The notes under the pieces were generated by a model. It searched no databases. It saw only the letters and a program-made list of their open reading frames with translations, and had not been told where the DNA came from. From Basidiobolus meristosporus CBS 931.73 (lineage: Eukaryota; Fungi; Basidiobolomycota): DNA of 64,000 nt. Below are positions 25,901 through 38,403 of the stretch, one piece after another (position 1 is the first letter of the stretch; each line of letters opens with the position of its first letter). The stretch lies in the NCBI GenBank assembly GCA_002104905.1, contig MCFE01000190.1, positions 1 to 64,000 of the forward strand. Direction: 5' to 3'. The position numbers and the translations under genes were made by a program.

Positions 25901-28900
25901 AGATTTTGAATTTTCATTGATCAATTTATCCCTGAACTTGATCAGCTTCTTTGCTTTGGTATTGTAGAGTCTGTATGCCTTACTCTCATTGCAGTAGCCC
26001 AAAAATATGCACTTTACACTTTTTGGCTCAAATTTTGACTGATTTCCAGCCAGTTTTTTGGCATATGCTGTACACCCAAATATTCTTAGATGTTCTGCGC
26101 TTGGTCTGTATCCATACCATGCTTCAAATGGAGTAGAGTCACATAGTATTCTGCTATAACTCCTATTTTTAAGATATACAGCAGTGGCAACTGATTCCAC
26201 CCAAAAATCATAGGATAATTTTTGATCATGGATCATAGATCTTGCCATATCAATTAGTGATCTGTTAGCAGGTTCTGCTACTCCATTTTGCTGTGGGGAG
26301 TATGGTACAGTAGCCTCTTGTGTTATCCCATGAATTTTGCAGAAGTGAATGGAGAGTTTTGAGGTATATTCTCCACTATTGTCAGAGCGTATTTTCTTGT
26401 TTTTTTCACCAGTTTCTCTCTCTGCCATAGCTTTAAACTTCATGAACTTATAGAGCTTCTTCCTTCCTCTCCTTGAAGTAGACCCACATGTATCTTGTAG
26501 CTGGGGGATCAATTTTCACTCCAGAAATTAGCTGATCTTTGATCATTTTGCGCAAATAATCAAAATTGATATGTCCACATCTCCTCTGCAAAAGCATTGG
26601 TGTTTCTTCATTTAAGTTACTTATATTGGCTTTCAGATATGATGGAATATAAGTCAACTTGTATAGATTCTGATCTCTGATGCCCAAAGCAATATGAGCA
26701 CCATATTGATCAGTGATCCTGCATCCAGAATTGTCAAAACTGAAACTGAGTCCTTCTGCTGTGGCCTTGCTTACAAGGAGTAGGTTCTTGGCCATTTCTG
26801 GTACATAGAGTACTTCTTTAAAGGTCAGTGTACTGCTTCCTTCACTGCTTCTAATGTATACTTGGATAGTTCCTTCTGCCACTGCATCAAGTGTTCTATT
26901 GTCACCCATGAAAACCTTCCTAATTGGAATTTCTTGATATTGGGTAAAAAGTTCTTTTTGGTGTGTAAAGTGTTGAGATGCTCCGGAGTCAATATACCAC
27001 ATCTGAGAATCTGTGTTTGTGGTCATATTTAGTGCAGATATGAATAGTCTAACTTCAGTTGTTGCAGCATTTCCATATTCAGACTTCTTTTGCTGATTAT
27101 CTTTCTCTTTGAGACACCAGTCTGATGTGTGTCCTTTCCTTTTGCAGTAGTTACAAAACAGGTTGCTGCTGCCTTTGTTGGGTCTTGGGTACCTCCTTTG
27201 ATGGTTATCATTGCTTATTAAAGCATTTTCTTCTTCCTTCTTATTGGTGCTTGATTTTCTTAATTCTTCATCCAGGAGCCTTCCATATATGTAATTTAAG
27301 GTCAAATCTTCAGTTCTGGACTCTAGGGCTGATACAAGGCCCTTAAACCTGTCTGTCAGGCTTTTCAGGATGGTAACTATCACATGCTCATCAGTAGTTG
27401 GTACACTCACAAGTTCTATCTCATCTACCAGCAGGGTAATTCTGTTAAATAGATTTTTCATTTCTTCTCCTGGCAGCATCTTTGCAATATAGAATTTTTG
27501 TCTCAGATACATTTTCTTAGCAGCTGAACATCACTGGTAGGTGTCTTCTAATGCCTTCCAGGCATTCTTTGCCATTTTTGCTCTTGAGCATTGAATTAGC
27601 AATTTGTCTTTAACATTAAGGCAAATGCAGTTAAAGGCACTTTGTACTTTCTCCTGGTACTTTGAGGCTTCCTCTCCCACATTTTTAGGAGGGCATTCTT
27701 CTCCCATGACAATATCCCAAAGGCCTCTTTCTTGTAGCAGCATCTTCATCTTCACCTTCCACACTTGGTAGTTAGATCCATCCAACTTTTCAGCAGAGGG
27801 AAAAATTCCGGTAATAGCAGTAGTGAACATTGGAGAGAGTGACAGCTTGGGGCTTGTAACCTGTTGTAAGAGTCTTGGAGATATTGGAAGTGATTGGGAG
27901 GACAAGTAGATTATGTGGTTTTCACTTAATGATTTATAGAATGTAAAGTAGTATTTATACTTTTACCTGGTCTTGGCATTACAAACATGTAGAATAGGTT
28001 AAGGAAGGTCCCAAAAACATTTGCGCAAAGTTTGGGGCTGTTTGGACAGCTTTGAGAATTTTCATGTTATGGGTACCTGGTATTTTGGTGAAAATATTCC
28101 AAGTAAATTCTGACAAGGAATTTGGTCAGTATTCTCTAGGATTTGAGGGTAATGATCTAAGTGACTAAGTTAGGTGAATATTCAGGTGGAATTACAAATT
28201 TTTACAACACACTTCAGAGCAAAATCACCAGAACCCGCCAAACTGCACAAGAAGGCACAAGTCCATTGGAGCAGGCCAAGTTGCGTCAACAAGTGGCATC
28301 ACATTGAACTCAGCCAAGGGCCATGCCAGTGCATCAAGTTGCGTCTGCACATGCCATTACACCCAACCATCAGCAAGTTTCTTCTGGTGAACTTACTGAT
28401 GATGACCCACATGAAGTGCCTCCACCACCAGAGCTTTTGGCAAGCAAAAGAATATGTCAGCGCATAGCACTGCAGGCCAGCTCAGTTGCAACATCTGGAG
28501 CAATTCAGCACGGCTAAGCTGCAGCATTGCACTCCTCAACTAGGAGGCAAAATACTGACTACAAATACACAGGTAGCCAAGATGATAGTCAACAAGGAAG
28601 TAGTATAGGTGTACAAAGTGAGTCACTACCAAATGCTTCAGTAGTGATCCCTGTGAGAAAAAAGTCTAGGAGAAGATGATGCAATTGCATTGAATTGTGA
28701 CTATTTGTAATGATCCAAAAAATGCATTTTTTTTTGCAATCTGCATTGAGCCATTGCAAATCAGTGATCACTAAATTTTTGATATAAGCAATGTCAAGGT
28801 TGTCTTACATTTGAGACAGGACCCCTTTACATAAACACCCTGAATATGTATACATCATCTGTGGCACTAGTGCAGCCATTTGATCTGAATTGCACCCATA

Positions 28901-29100
28901 CAATTGGTTGTGTGCAAGCTATGACACCTTGACCAATCACTAGGATCAGGGATTTACTTGCTTAATGGGCAAAATGGGATATTTGATGGCAAATCAGGTA
29001 GCTTGTGTATTGGCCAAAGAGCCAATGGGGGGCTGACAGCTTCAGGATACTTTTGGACCAGTTAACCACTGAGATACCATCCAATTGGAGTGATGGTAAC
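22925..29100 (+). pseudogene. PHIS accessory ORF of unknown family (interrupted by copia B), disrupted
   Basis: Frame-consistent ORF pieces 22925-23143, 23261-23545 and 28323-28517. The same reading frame is recognisable in copies 2 and 3. The 3' end is approximate. Confidence 0.7.
23708..28209 (-). mobile_element. Ty1/copia copy B, most complete copy (LTRs 27862-28209 and 23708-24055)
   Basis: Perfect 5-bp TSD CACTT (23703-23707, 28210-28214). LTRs ~94% identical by manual count. Order gag-PR-INT-RT ([16 protein letters not shown])-RNase H (YPDADWG, RTKHIDIRHYF). Confidence 0.95.
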
Positions 29101-29545
29101 CAAAATGGTAAGTATCAGTGTAGTTTATAGTGTGAAACGCATTTATTTCCATTTACATTAATGAAACATATCCAAATACCAGATTTTACCTACCATAGTA
29201 GTGGTATCTGATTGCGCACGTGATGCAAACATTACAAGTGGGTGCAATCATTTGTGCCAACCTCATTGTGTCAGATTGTGACATAGTGTGCAAGATTGTC
29301 CCAGGTGGTGCAAAATTGTCCAAGAGCAATCCTGCCTACTGGTAGCTACAATATCATGCCCAATTGCTCTTAGAGACCTTGGATTGTGCTGCGCACCCTG
29401 GCATGGTACAATGGAACAAGTGTATTATGTCAAGACTATATAAAAGTAGCAATACTACTTTTATATTTAATAAATCATTAAGTGAAAACCACATAACCTA
29501 TTTGTCCTCCAAATCACTTCCAATATCACCAAGACTCTGAAAACA

Positions 29546-29557
29546 GGTTATGAGCCC
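29546..29557 (+). promoter_or_regulatory. Primer-binding site GGTTATGAGCCC (tRNA-iMet anticodon-arm type)
   Basis: Directly follows the 5' LTR. Variants at 2206-2217 (GGTCATGAGTCC) and 27850-27861 on the minus strand (GGTTACAAGCCC). Confidence 0.8.
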
Positions 29558-32390
29558 CAAGCTGTCAATCTCTGCAATACTCACTACTGCTATTACTGGA
29601 ATTTCACCCTCTGCTGAAAAGTTGGATGGATCTTACAACCAATTGTGGAAGGCAATGCATTCCTGGAGGCATTAGAAGACACATACCAGTTGTGTTCAGC
29701 TGCTAAGAAACTGTATTTTACACATTAATTATTCACTACAAAATGCTACCAGGAGAAGAAATGAAAAATCTATTGCAGGATTACCCTGTTAGTTGATAAG
29801 ATGGAATCTGTTGGCAAGCCAACTACTGATAAGGATGTGATAGTTACTATCCTAAATAGCCTGACAGACAGGTCCCAGGGCCTTGTATCAGCCCTATAGA
29901 CTTGAACTGATCATTTGACCTTAAATTACATATTTGAAAGGCTTTTGGATGAGTAATCAAGAAACCCAAGTGCCAATAAGAAGGAAGAAGAAAGTGCTTT
30001 GATAACCAAACATAACTAACAAAGGAGATACTCACAACCCTTTAAAGGCAACAGCTACCTCTCTGGCAACTACTGCAAAGAGAAAGGACATATATCAGAC
30101 TGAAGCCTCCAAAAGGGAGAAAATAAGCAGAAAAAGCCTCAATATGGAAATACTGAAATTTCTGAAGATAGACTACTTTTATCTGCACTCAATATGGCAG
30201 CAAACAATGACTCTGAGATGTGGTATACTAACACTACAGCATCTCAACACTTTGCGCACTAAAAAGTACTTCTTACCCAATATCAAGATATTCCAATTTA
30301 GAAGGTCTTAATGGGTGATGATAGCGCAATTGATGCAGTTGGAGAAGGAACTATCCCAGTTAGCCTCAGAAGCAGTGAAGGAAGCCATACACTCCCCCTC
30401 AAAGTTGTGTTCTATGCACCAGAAATAGCCAAGAACCTACTCTCTGTAAGAAAGGCCACAACGAAAGGACTCATTTCAGCTTTAGCCATTCTGGATGCAG
30501 GATCACTGATTTGAATATTGCCCTTATTGCTTTGGGTATCAGAGATCAGAATCTATACAAGTTGACTTATATTCCATCATAAATGGAAGCTAATATAAGT
30601 AATTTAAATGAAGAATAACCAATGCTTTGTCACAGGAGATTTGGACACCTTGATTTTAATTATTTGCACAAAATGATTAAAGATCAGCTAATTTAGGGCA
30701 CTGTAAAGCCTGCATATTTGGGACACAAGCCAGAAAATGGTTCAAGAGTTCTGATTTGATCAAAACTAAGAAAAATTAGATTTTACGCACTTGGATTTGT
30801 GTGGTCATATACAAAATTTATCCTTAAGCAGAATGAAGTATTAATCACCTTTATTGATAAACATACAAGATATGTGTTGGTCTACTTCAAGAAAAAGAAG
30901 GAAGTGGCTCTTTCTAAGCACCAGGAGCTTAAGGCTATGGTGGAGAAAGAAACTGGTGAAAAAATCAAGAAAATATGCTCTGACAATGGTGGTGAATATA
31001 CCTCAAAACATTTCATCCACATATGCAAAATTGATGGGATAAAGCAACAGCCTACTGCACCATACTTCTCACAGCAAAATTGAGTGACAGAATGTGCAAA
31101 CAGATCCATAATTGCTATGGCATAATCAATGATCCATCACCAAAAATTATCCTATGACTTTTTGATGTAACTCATATTTCAAGGTATGCAGCTGTAGCTA
31201 CTGATTCTAACTTAATGTTTTGTGACTCCACTCCATTTGAGGCATGGTATGGATACAGACCAAGTGCAGAACATCCAAGAATACCTGGGTGTACAGCATA
31301 TGGCAAGAAACTGCCCAGGTATCAGCCAAATTTGAGCCAAACAGTGAAAAATGTATATTTTTTGGCTACAGCCATGAGAGTAAAGCATACAGACTCTACA
31401 ATACCAAAGCAAAGTAGCTGACCAAGCTTAAGGATGTGCTGTTTGATAAAAATTTTAAATTTTCACTCAAAATGGCTTTAGATGATGACAAAAATATGAT
31501 CTTAAGACTACCAATAGTCATGATGGAATCAGAGCAAAACAATAAGAGCTCATATGTGAAGCTATAGAGAAAGACCTAGATAAGCTAGTTTACTGTCCTA
31601 CAGAAGAAATGATTGCAGACATATATACCAAACCATTAGACAGAAAAGTTTGCATATTTTTGGTCACAATTAGGCCTAGTCAGTATGAGCATTTAGTTGG
31701 CTGGGAGTGTTGTAAGAGTTTATAATTCCACCTAAATATGGAGCTAGCTTAGTTGCTTAGATCATTACCTACTAATCTTAGAGAATTCTGACCAAATTCC
31801 ATGTTGGAATTTACCAGCAATATATTCACCAAGATATTGGGTACCTAGAACATGGAAATTCTCAAAGTTGTCCAAAGAGCCTCAAATTTTGCACACATGC
31901 TCTTGGGACCTTCTAAAATCTATTCTACATGCTTGCTATGCCAAGAATATGTCAAACTATAAATACTACTTTTACATTCAACAGGTAATTGAGTGAAAAC
32001 CACATAATCTACTTGTCATCCCAACCACTTACAGTATCACCCAGACTCTTACAACAAGAATAAGAAGATTATGTGGTTTTCAATTGATGATTCATTGAAT
32101 GTAAGAGTAGCATTTATAGTTTGACATATTCTTGGCATAGCAAGCATGTAGAATAGATTTTAGAAAGTCCTAAGAGCATGTATGGAAGGTTTTGGGCTGT
32201 TAGGACAACTTTGAGAATTTTCATGTTCTGGGTACCCAATATTTTGGTGAATATACTGTTAGTAAATCCAGCATGGAATTTTGTCAGAATTCTCTGAGAT
32301 TTGTAGGTAATAATCTAAGTGACTAAGTCATGTGCATATTCAGGTGTATTACAAAATTTACAACATTATAAATGTCTCATGATGGGCTAT

Positions 32391-32570
32391 GGACCCAAAT
32401 TATTTTTCATAGGGCTAGTTTCTGGAGCCTTCTACCATCCTACAGATACTTCTTGACCATTCCATATGAATGCTAATTAATAGAATATTCCATGGAAGCT
32501 TCCCATTGGATCTCCCACAAGGCATCACCACTTAGGGATACATGCAGCCCTATGAAGAATCATTTGGTCC
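32391..32570. mobile_element. Two outward-facing CCCTATGAARAAT..TGGTCC TIR-like ends
   Basis: GGACCCAAATTATTTTTCATAGGG ends at 32414 and CCCTATGAAGAATCATTTGGTCC starts at 32548. Confidence 0.45.
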
Positions 32571-33422
32571 TGTAGGTAAAGCTAACACAAATCAGCCATG
32601 GAGATCCTATTAGGACACACAATATACTTGTACTAGCAATATGGCAATCACTTGATGTTATCTGGCATCTTCATAAAAATTAACTACTCTTAAGAGTTGG
32701 TTTTATGTTTGCATGTCAAACTTCTAGGCCACTCTTACAGGTCTGTTATTGAGGGTATGGGTATGTTTTAACCCACCCAGAGACTTGTCCAGCATGTACC
32801 CACAATTAGCTTTAGAAGTTCAGGCCTAAATGGGGCAAGGAAGAAAATTGCTAAGCACTGATACATGATGCTGTGGTATATTAACTGCTTCTGGCTTGAT
32901 GTGTGGCCATGGCTTGAGTAATGTCACAGTCCCATGTTAAGCTTTCCTGATTATATATATCACCACATGGCCAACAACTCCCAAACGTGGATCTAATCAC
33001 CGCATTCAATGCTTTTGTGCGCTCGAACATGGTTATCTAAAACTTCGGGCTTTTACCAAAAATGCACAAGAGGCCTGGAGTCCAGGATATTACGTTTCCT
33101 GACCAAGGCAGTTAACCCACCCGACACATGCTCGTCTGTAATGCATGGACAATTGCGAGTAGCTGGAACCAACTCGAATACCATTCAAGTGTTATGTACG
33201 ATATGTATTATGAGGACGGTAACTATTTACAATATGTAGTATTAGTACGGATATATTGAAATTCAATGTGGTTGAGGAACATTGGCAAAAACGATGTTAT
33301 GACTCGAAAAACTTGATAATACAGCGAGTATGGGTATAGATATATAGATATGGACAAGGATATGAAGATGAAGTACATATATAATTATCCTTGCCAGAAC
33401 GAAATCAGCATATAGTTTGGAA

Positions 33423-36400
33423 CTATAAGTTTCCTCCGTCGTAAGTGCCCAAGAGATCCTGCGATAGCTTGGTAAGCATATCTTGATCAAATACCAATTC
33501 TTGCAAGCTATAAGCTGATGCTAGGTAATACGCAAACCCGAAGGTGCTACTTGAGCCTAGTGTTGGTTTGATGCAATGCAATTCTGATATGAACCGGCTA
33601 CGCGCTGCTAAAGCGGATGGAAGAAACTGAGGAATAGGAGTAGAGTAGCGGAACCCGTTAGACAAAACGTAGAAATTCAATCGTACGATACTTCTGATTT
33701 CCTCGCGTGAAGTTCCTAACGACTGCAGGATTTCATGACCTAGTGACTTGGGAACCTGGACTTCTGAATTGCCCAAGCAGCTTAGCTCGTCAAGAATATT
33801 CTGGATAGTGTATATCATTTCGGCATAATCTGCTGATGGGTATGGCCCCTCACTGATACGGGTACGCTCCGAAATCGCCAAGTTCAGCAGCACACCAGCT
33901 TTGTCGATTCGACGCTGAAGCTTCATCACCCCAGCCTGTATACGATCCTGGTACTCGAAAAATTCGCTGGATTCTTCCGGTTTGCCCAGGTTTATCAAGT
34001 GGACAATACCGTTGAAGATTTCGCCGGCCTCATGGAAAACCTTGGCCAAATGACGTCGCAACTCCACTCTAGCCATGTATGGCCACATCAGCATGTCAAC
34101 AACCAATGATACCGCCAATGCATAAATCATGTTAGCAGCTAGATTCATTGCAACGCGGATAGTGGATTCGTTGATCGGCATTGAGAATACTTTCACGGAA
34201 CTATACATGCTGTATAGTACAGCCACGAAGCTTATCAGGCCCACTGTTCCCAAGGAGCCTTTGTGCCCGCTCATGAAAATAGCCAAACTTGGGAATGCGA
34301 AGACATATGTGAACAGCATTACGACATACATGTTTCCATGGCTAGTGACCCAAGCCAGGTATCCCCAGAACGCACCGATCAATGCACTCAAAAGTCTCCA
34401 GAAACCGATGCTTAGCGATACTCCACTGCTTCTGTTCATGATTGCCATTACAGTAAGAACACCCCAATGGCCCTGAGAAGCCTTGTACCAAGGAGATGTG
34501 GTGTCGATGAATCCGGGTAGCGATACCAAGAGTAGAGTGAGTGACATTTTGAGTGCAAACTTGAACTCTTTACCACGGAAAGATTTGACGATGTAATTGA
34601 AGGGGACGCGAATACGATCGAAGACGTTTTTAGCATTTGAAGCCTTTTCATTACTTGTATGGGGGAAGTCTGGATTATTGGAAATGCTTAGTATCAAGTG
34701 CGATGCACAGTTTAAATGACTGATATTACCTGTTGCGATCGAGGCTGGTGGATCATCACAACGGGAAGTAAGTAGCCATCTAGAGAATTTTCCCTGCGGA
34801 AACCATAGCTGCCGATCCGAATTTCTTTTTCTACAAGCATCCAGCTGAAACTCGTATAGCTCAAGGGCTGATAGTGCTGTCTCATGGAGATTGACTAGAT
34901 AAGTGAAAACCATCATCAACTCTTCACTTGACTTCGCATCAGGAGCTAGCTTCCGAATTGCCTGAAGACATACATCCTCAATGGACCCAAAATCATCAAT
35001 GGCTTTACGGAGTAAACCAAAAGTATCCTGGGGATCAGAAGCTAATAGAAAAAGCTTAAATCGATTTCAATGGTACTTATTTAGCGATTGCCACTTACCA
35101 TCGGCTGGGACGCCCACGGTTGGAACAGGTATACTAGGCACAAAGCTATGCTCGATCTCTTTCAAAGCTGCCGCTACTGCATTTTTCAATTGTGTCACTT
35201 GTTCCGAAACAATAGTGATCAAGGAAAAATACAAGTGTTCGTCAAATAATATCGTTTTCGAATCCCCATTCATTCCGAGAACGACGGTATCTGGGACAAA
35301 AGGGCGGGTCGGGAAAATATCCAGTTGATTGCCTTTAAATGATATCGACAACATGTTCCCGAGATTTTGGGTGATGGTAGTCATCACTTCCCCTACATAG
35401 GTGTAGTCCGACGGGGCGAATCTTCCGATGGAAATTTCGAACTGTGCGTCTTTGCTGATCCGATTTAATCTCATGATTTCGCTTCGAAGCTTAGTACGCG
35501 TGCGTTCCAGATCAAATGCTGACATCCCCGCATCCAATTTCATGAGGAACAGGTCGTTACAGTGTTCCAGTAGCTCGTGAGTCAATGCGAATGCAGATGT
35601 GCTTGAACTTGCCAATTGTTTGGTAGCACTTTCAGGCATAACAGTCAGATTGACAAAGAGCACAATTCCACATCCAGCTAACAAAGGATACAAAATATCC
35701 AAAAGTGGTGTAAACGAGAGTGTCACGATTTGGAAGTTTGTCGTCAGTCCGATCAGTATGATGATGTGAGCATATATACATGCAGTGTAGAATCTGGCGA
35801 ATCTAGTTCGAACGTATGAGATGAATGCCGAGCCGAGCATCAAATACACAGATGCGATCAATGGGCCGCCAAACGATTGCTTTGCTTCGATTAATTTGGA
35901 GTTGAAAGATGCAATCGAGGCTAGTCCCAAATAAGTATACCCTAAGCCCAATCCGATAGCCACTAAGCCTGTAACAGTATTTTCCAACTGAGCACCAATA
36001 GTACGCGCAGGATGGAAAAAGAGCGTTGTCATGACCGTCAAGAAGTTTAGCGGACCCAACGCTTTGGCTGTGGTGTGCATTAAGCAAAGGATGGAAGCTA
36101 GGAAGAAAGCGACAAAAATCTTTAATATACTCCGGGCCATGTTAGTGGTCGTTTTGCGTCTTCCCAGATTCTTGATTTTACTCAATATCCAAGTGATCTT
36201 GGAGGGCTCTTGCAAAGAAGGAGGTGGTGCCACATTGATTTTAGATTCAAGATCAGAATCTACATCAGAATATTTTCTACTGCTGTCGCCCTCTTGAGTT
36301 TCGGCGTATTTTTGCTTCGAAGAATACTTTGGCAAAGTTTCGACACTAGTATTACCTAAGAGTGTGAAATTCTCCCCTTGTCGCAACCGAGCTAAACTTG

Positions 36401-36932
36401 GATGAGTGAATCTCGAAGGTTTCCCCGCCGAAATGCTTTGAGGCTCTTCCGAAAAACTAGAATTAGTAACCCCAGTCATGAGAGCAGGTTGTCCAGAGAA
36501 ATATTCAGTCTTTGTCAAAGTGTCCAAAATATCATCCAGGACTATATCATTCGAGTTTTCTTTCTTGTAGACTTTCATTGGCATCTCTGGTTCAAAAGCG
36601 CTTTTGATCCTGCCCACCATGCTATTTCTTCCAGTATCGGTAACTTCTCTTGGCTTTACAGTATTAGACGGCATAAGTGTCGGTGCAGTAAACCTCTTGG
36701 ATACACGATCTGCGCACGATTTAACCGCACCTACATCGGAGTTCAATGCCACACCAGAGGTCTGTGAACGCAAGCGCTGGATGGAGCGTACAGGAAGATA
36801 GGGCTTGAGACTTGGCTGAGACGACTCAGTAAGCTTACGCTCCAAGCGCTGCCTACGCGAGTTCACGCTCTCAAATTGATCAGCATTGACAATCGGCCGA
36901 TCTGGGCTTGAGGTTCTCAAAAAATCGGACAT
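33423..36932 (-). CDS. Bre4/YGL140C-like membrane protein (ArAE_2_N + FUSC/ALMT-type transporter domains), 2 exons, ~1150 aa
   Basis: ORFs 35067-36932 and 33423-34919 are joined in frame by a 57-nt GT-AG intron (35098-35042). Two hydrophobic helix clusters, plus motifs FHPARTIGAQLE, FKFALKM and WPYMARVELR. Confidence 0.88.
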
Positions 36933-38403
36933 TAGGTAATGTTATGTATAAGTGGTTAATGGTGGTTGTAGTGAACGTTAGATTAAAGATTAGACGAAAT
37001 AAAAAATAATTACAGGAAGACTTTAAGGTTAAAAGGGTTAAGTTAGGAAACTTTACAGAAGAACGGCAAGTTAAGGATAGCAATGAGCTCGTTGAAGGGT
37101 TAAATATATTGTTCTGGTGAAGGTGGATGATGAACGCATTAGAAACTAAATAGATCAATGAAGGTCTAACCAATCATTAATGCCCAGGTGAGCCATTCCC
37201 AGTTTTTACTTCTCAAGTTCCGATCAGGAATCTCACCAATTTTAGCAATGAATACTATGCGGATATGAGCAATTTAGATGAGAAGAGGCAATATATGGAA
37301 AGAGTGAGACAAAGCTTACATGCACTACCAACTCATCACCACTACCTAGCCTAAATCAACGAATATCATGGGAAACATGGGATTTCCGAGCATATAAGGT
37401 GTAATAGTAGAATAGGTGCAATGCATGTTTTAATTAAAGTCTTGTTAAACAAGGTGCGACATTCATCAAGTGGACTTCTCAAATGTAAGTTGTCAATCAA
37501 TGATGGAATTTACCAATTATATTCGGTTGGCAAGTAGATGGCAAAATATTATTTATGAGGCTTATGGGGAGCATGGCCAATTACCAGGCGATATTATGAT
37601 GCGTTGAAGATGGCATCTTAGATGTGGAAGACATGAATATAATCCCGCACTAATTAAGAATGAGATTTGCTTCCAAAGCGGGATTTGAACCACATCAATC
37701 ACCATTCGTGGAAGGCTTCTCTCAGTTGAGGGAAATCTGAATGAAGGGTCCGTCCATTTAAGCTTCAAACATCAGGAAGTCACAACGTATCTCAAGACTT
37801 CAATTCCTTTACTGTTTAATCCAATTTTCTCTTGAAGTTATGCTGGATGAAACCCCAGAATCGCTTTGTTGCCATGGTGAGACTCGCTGCTTTATGTACT
37901 CAGACATTGGCCTCAACACGAAACAGCGTTCTGCATTAGGTTGGCCTCAACCTTGAAATAAAGGATATTCATCGACACCCAATTCTTAATATACATCAGT
38001 GCATTAGGTGTTTTAATGCCAAACCTGGTATGAGTCACCATTCTCGTCAAGTGCTTCATCCCCTATTCTTTCCAGTCATTTTAGACAGCCATATTTGATA
38101 TCGCTCATGTTACATTGAAGCCCATATTTTGTGAAATCAATATTACATCAGTACTATAGCACAGGAATACTATTTATGTACAGCCAATAGATTCTAGCAA
38201 AAAGCTTGGGAGCTACAAGTGGTCAGAATCGTACGTAAGATAAAGAAATCAAGGCCATGTGTGTTAGTAATCATACATTTAATCTATGTGGGGCTTGAAT
38301 GGAGGTTTACAATTATGCGAATAGGTGAACAAATAATCTAACGTACATACGTACTATACGGCAGGGAATATATAGAGAACTACGAGTCATGAATATCTCC
38401 TCT

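Larger units (their letters stand above)
21509..29423. mobile_element. PIF/Harbinger-ISL2EU (PHIS)-type DNA transposon copy 1, full length (~3.4 kb without the nested copia B)
   Basis: ~25-bp imperfect TIRs (AGACTTGTTC../..GAACAAGTGT). 3-bp TSD ATT at 21506-21508 and 29424-29426. The flanks rejoin the copia LTR. Contains a DDE transposase and a divergent second ORF. Confidence 0.88.
21289..32056 (+). mobile_element. Ty1/copia copy C (5' LTR 21289-29545 split by PHIS copy 1; 3' LTR 31708-32056), RT deleted
   Basis: TSD AGAAC/AGAAT, PBS 29546-29557. Degenerate gag, protease and integrase (ORF 30799-31083 CSDNGGEY). RNase H tail and PPT before 31708. Confidence 0.87.
18722..32365 (-). mobile_element. 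Ty1/copia copy D (host of the nest): pieces 18722-20121, 21191-21288 and 32057-32365 (5' LTR)
   Basis: Degenerate gag knuckle, protease and pre-integrase on the minus strand. The flanks of L2 and of copia C rejoin into copia gag and LTR sequence. Confidence 0.72.

Noticed and set aside
34129-36801. Plus-strand ORFs overlapping the Bre4-like gene
   Set aside because: Antisense shadows of a well-supported CDS. The same applies to the ORFs opposite OSH3, RAX1, the C2 gene and the oxidoreductase.
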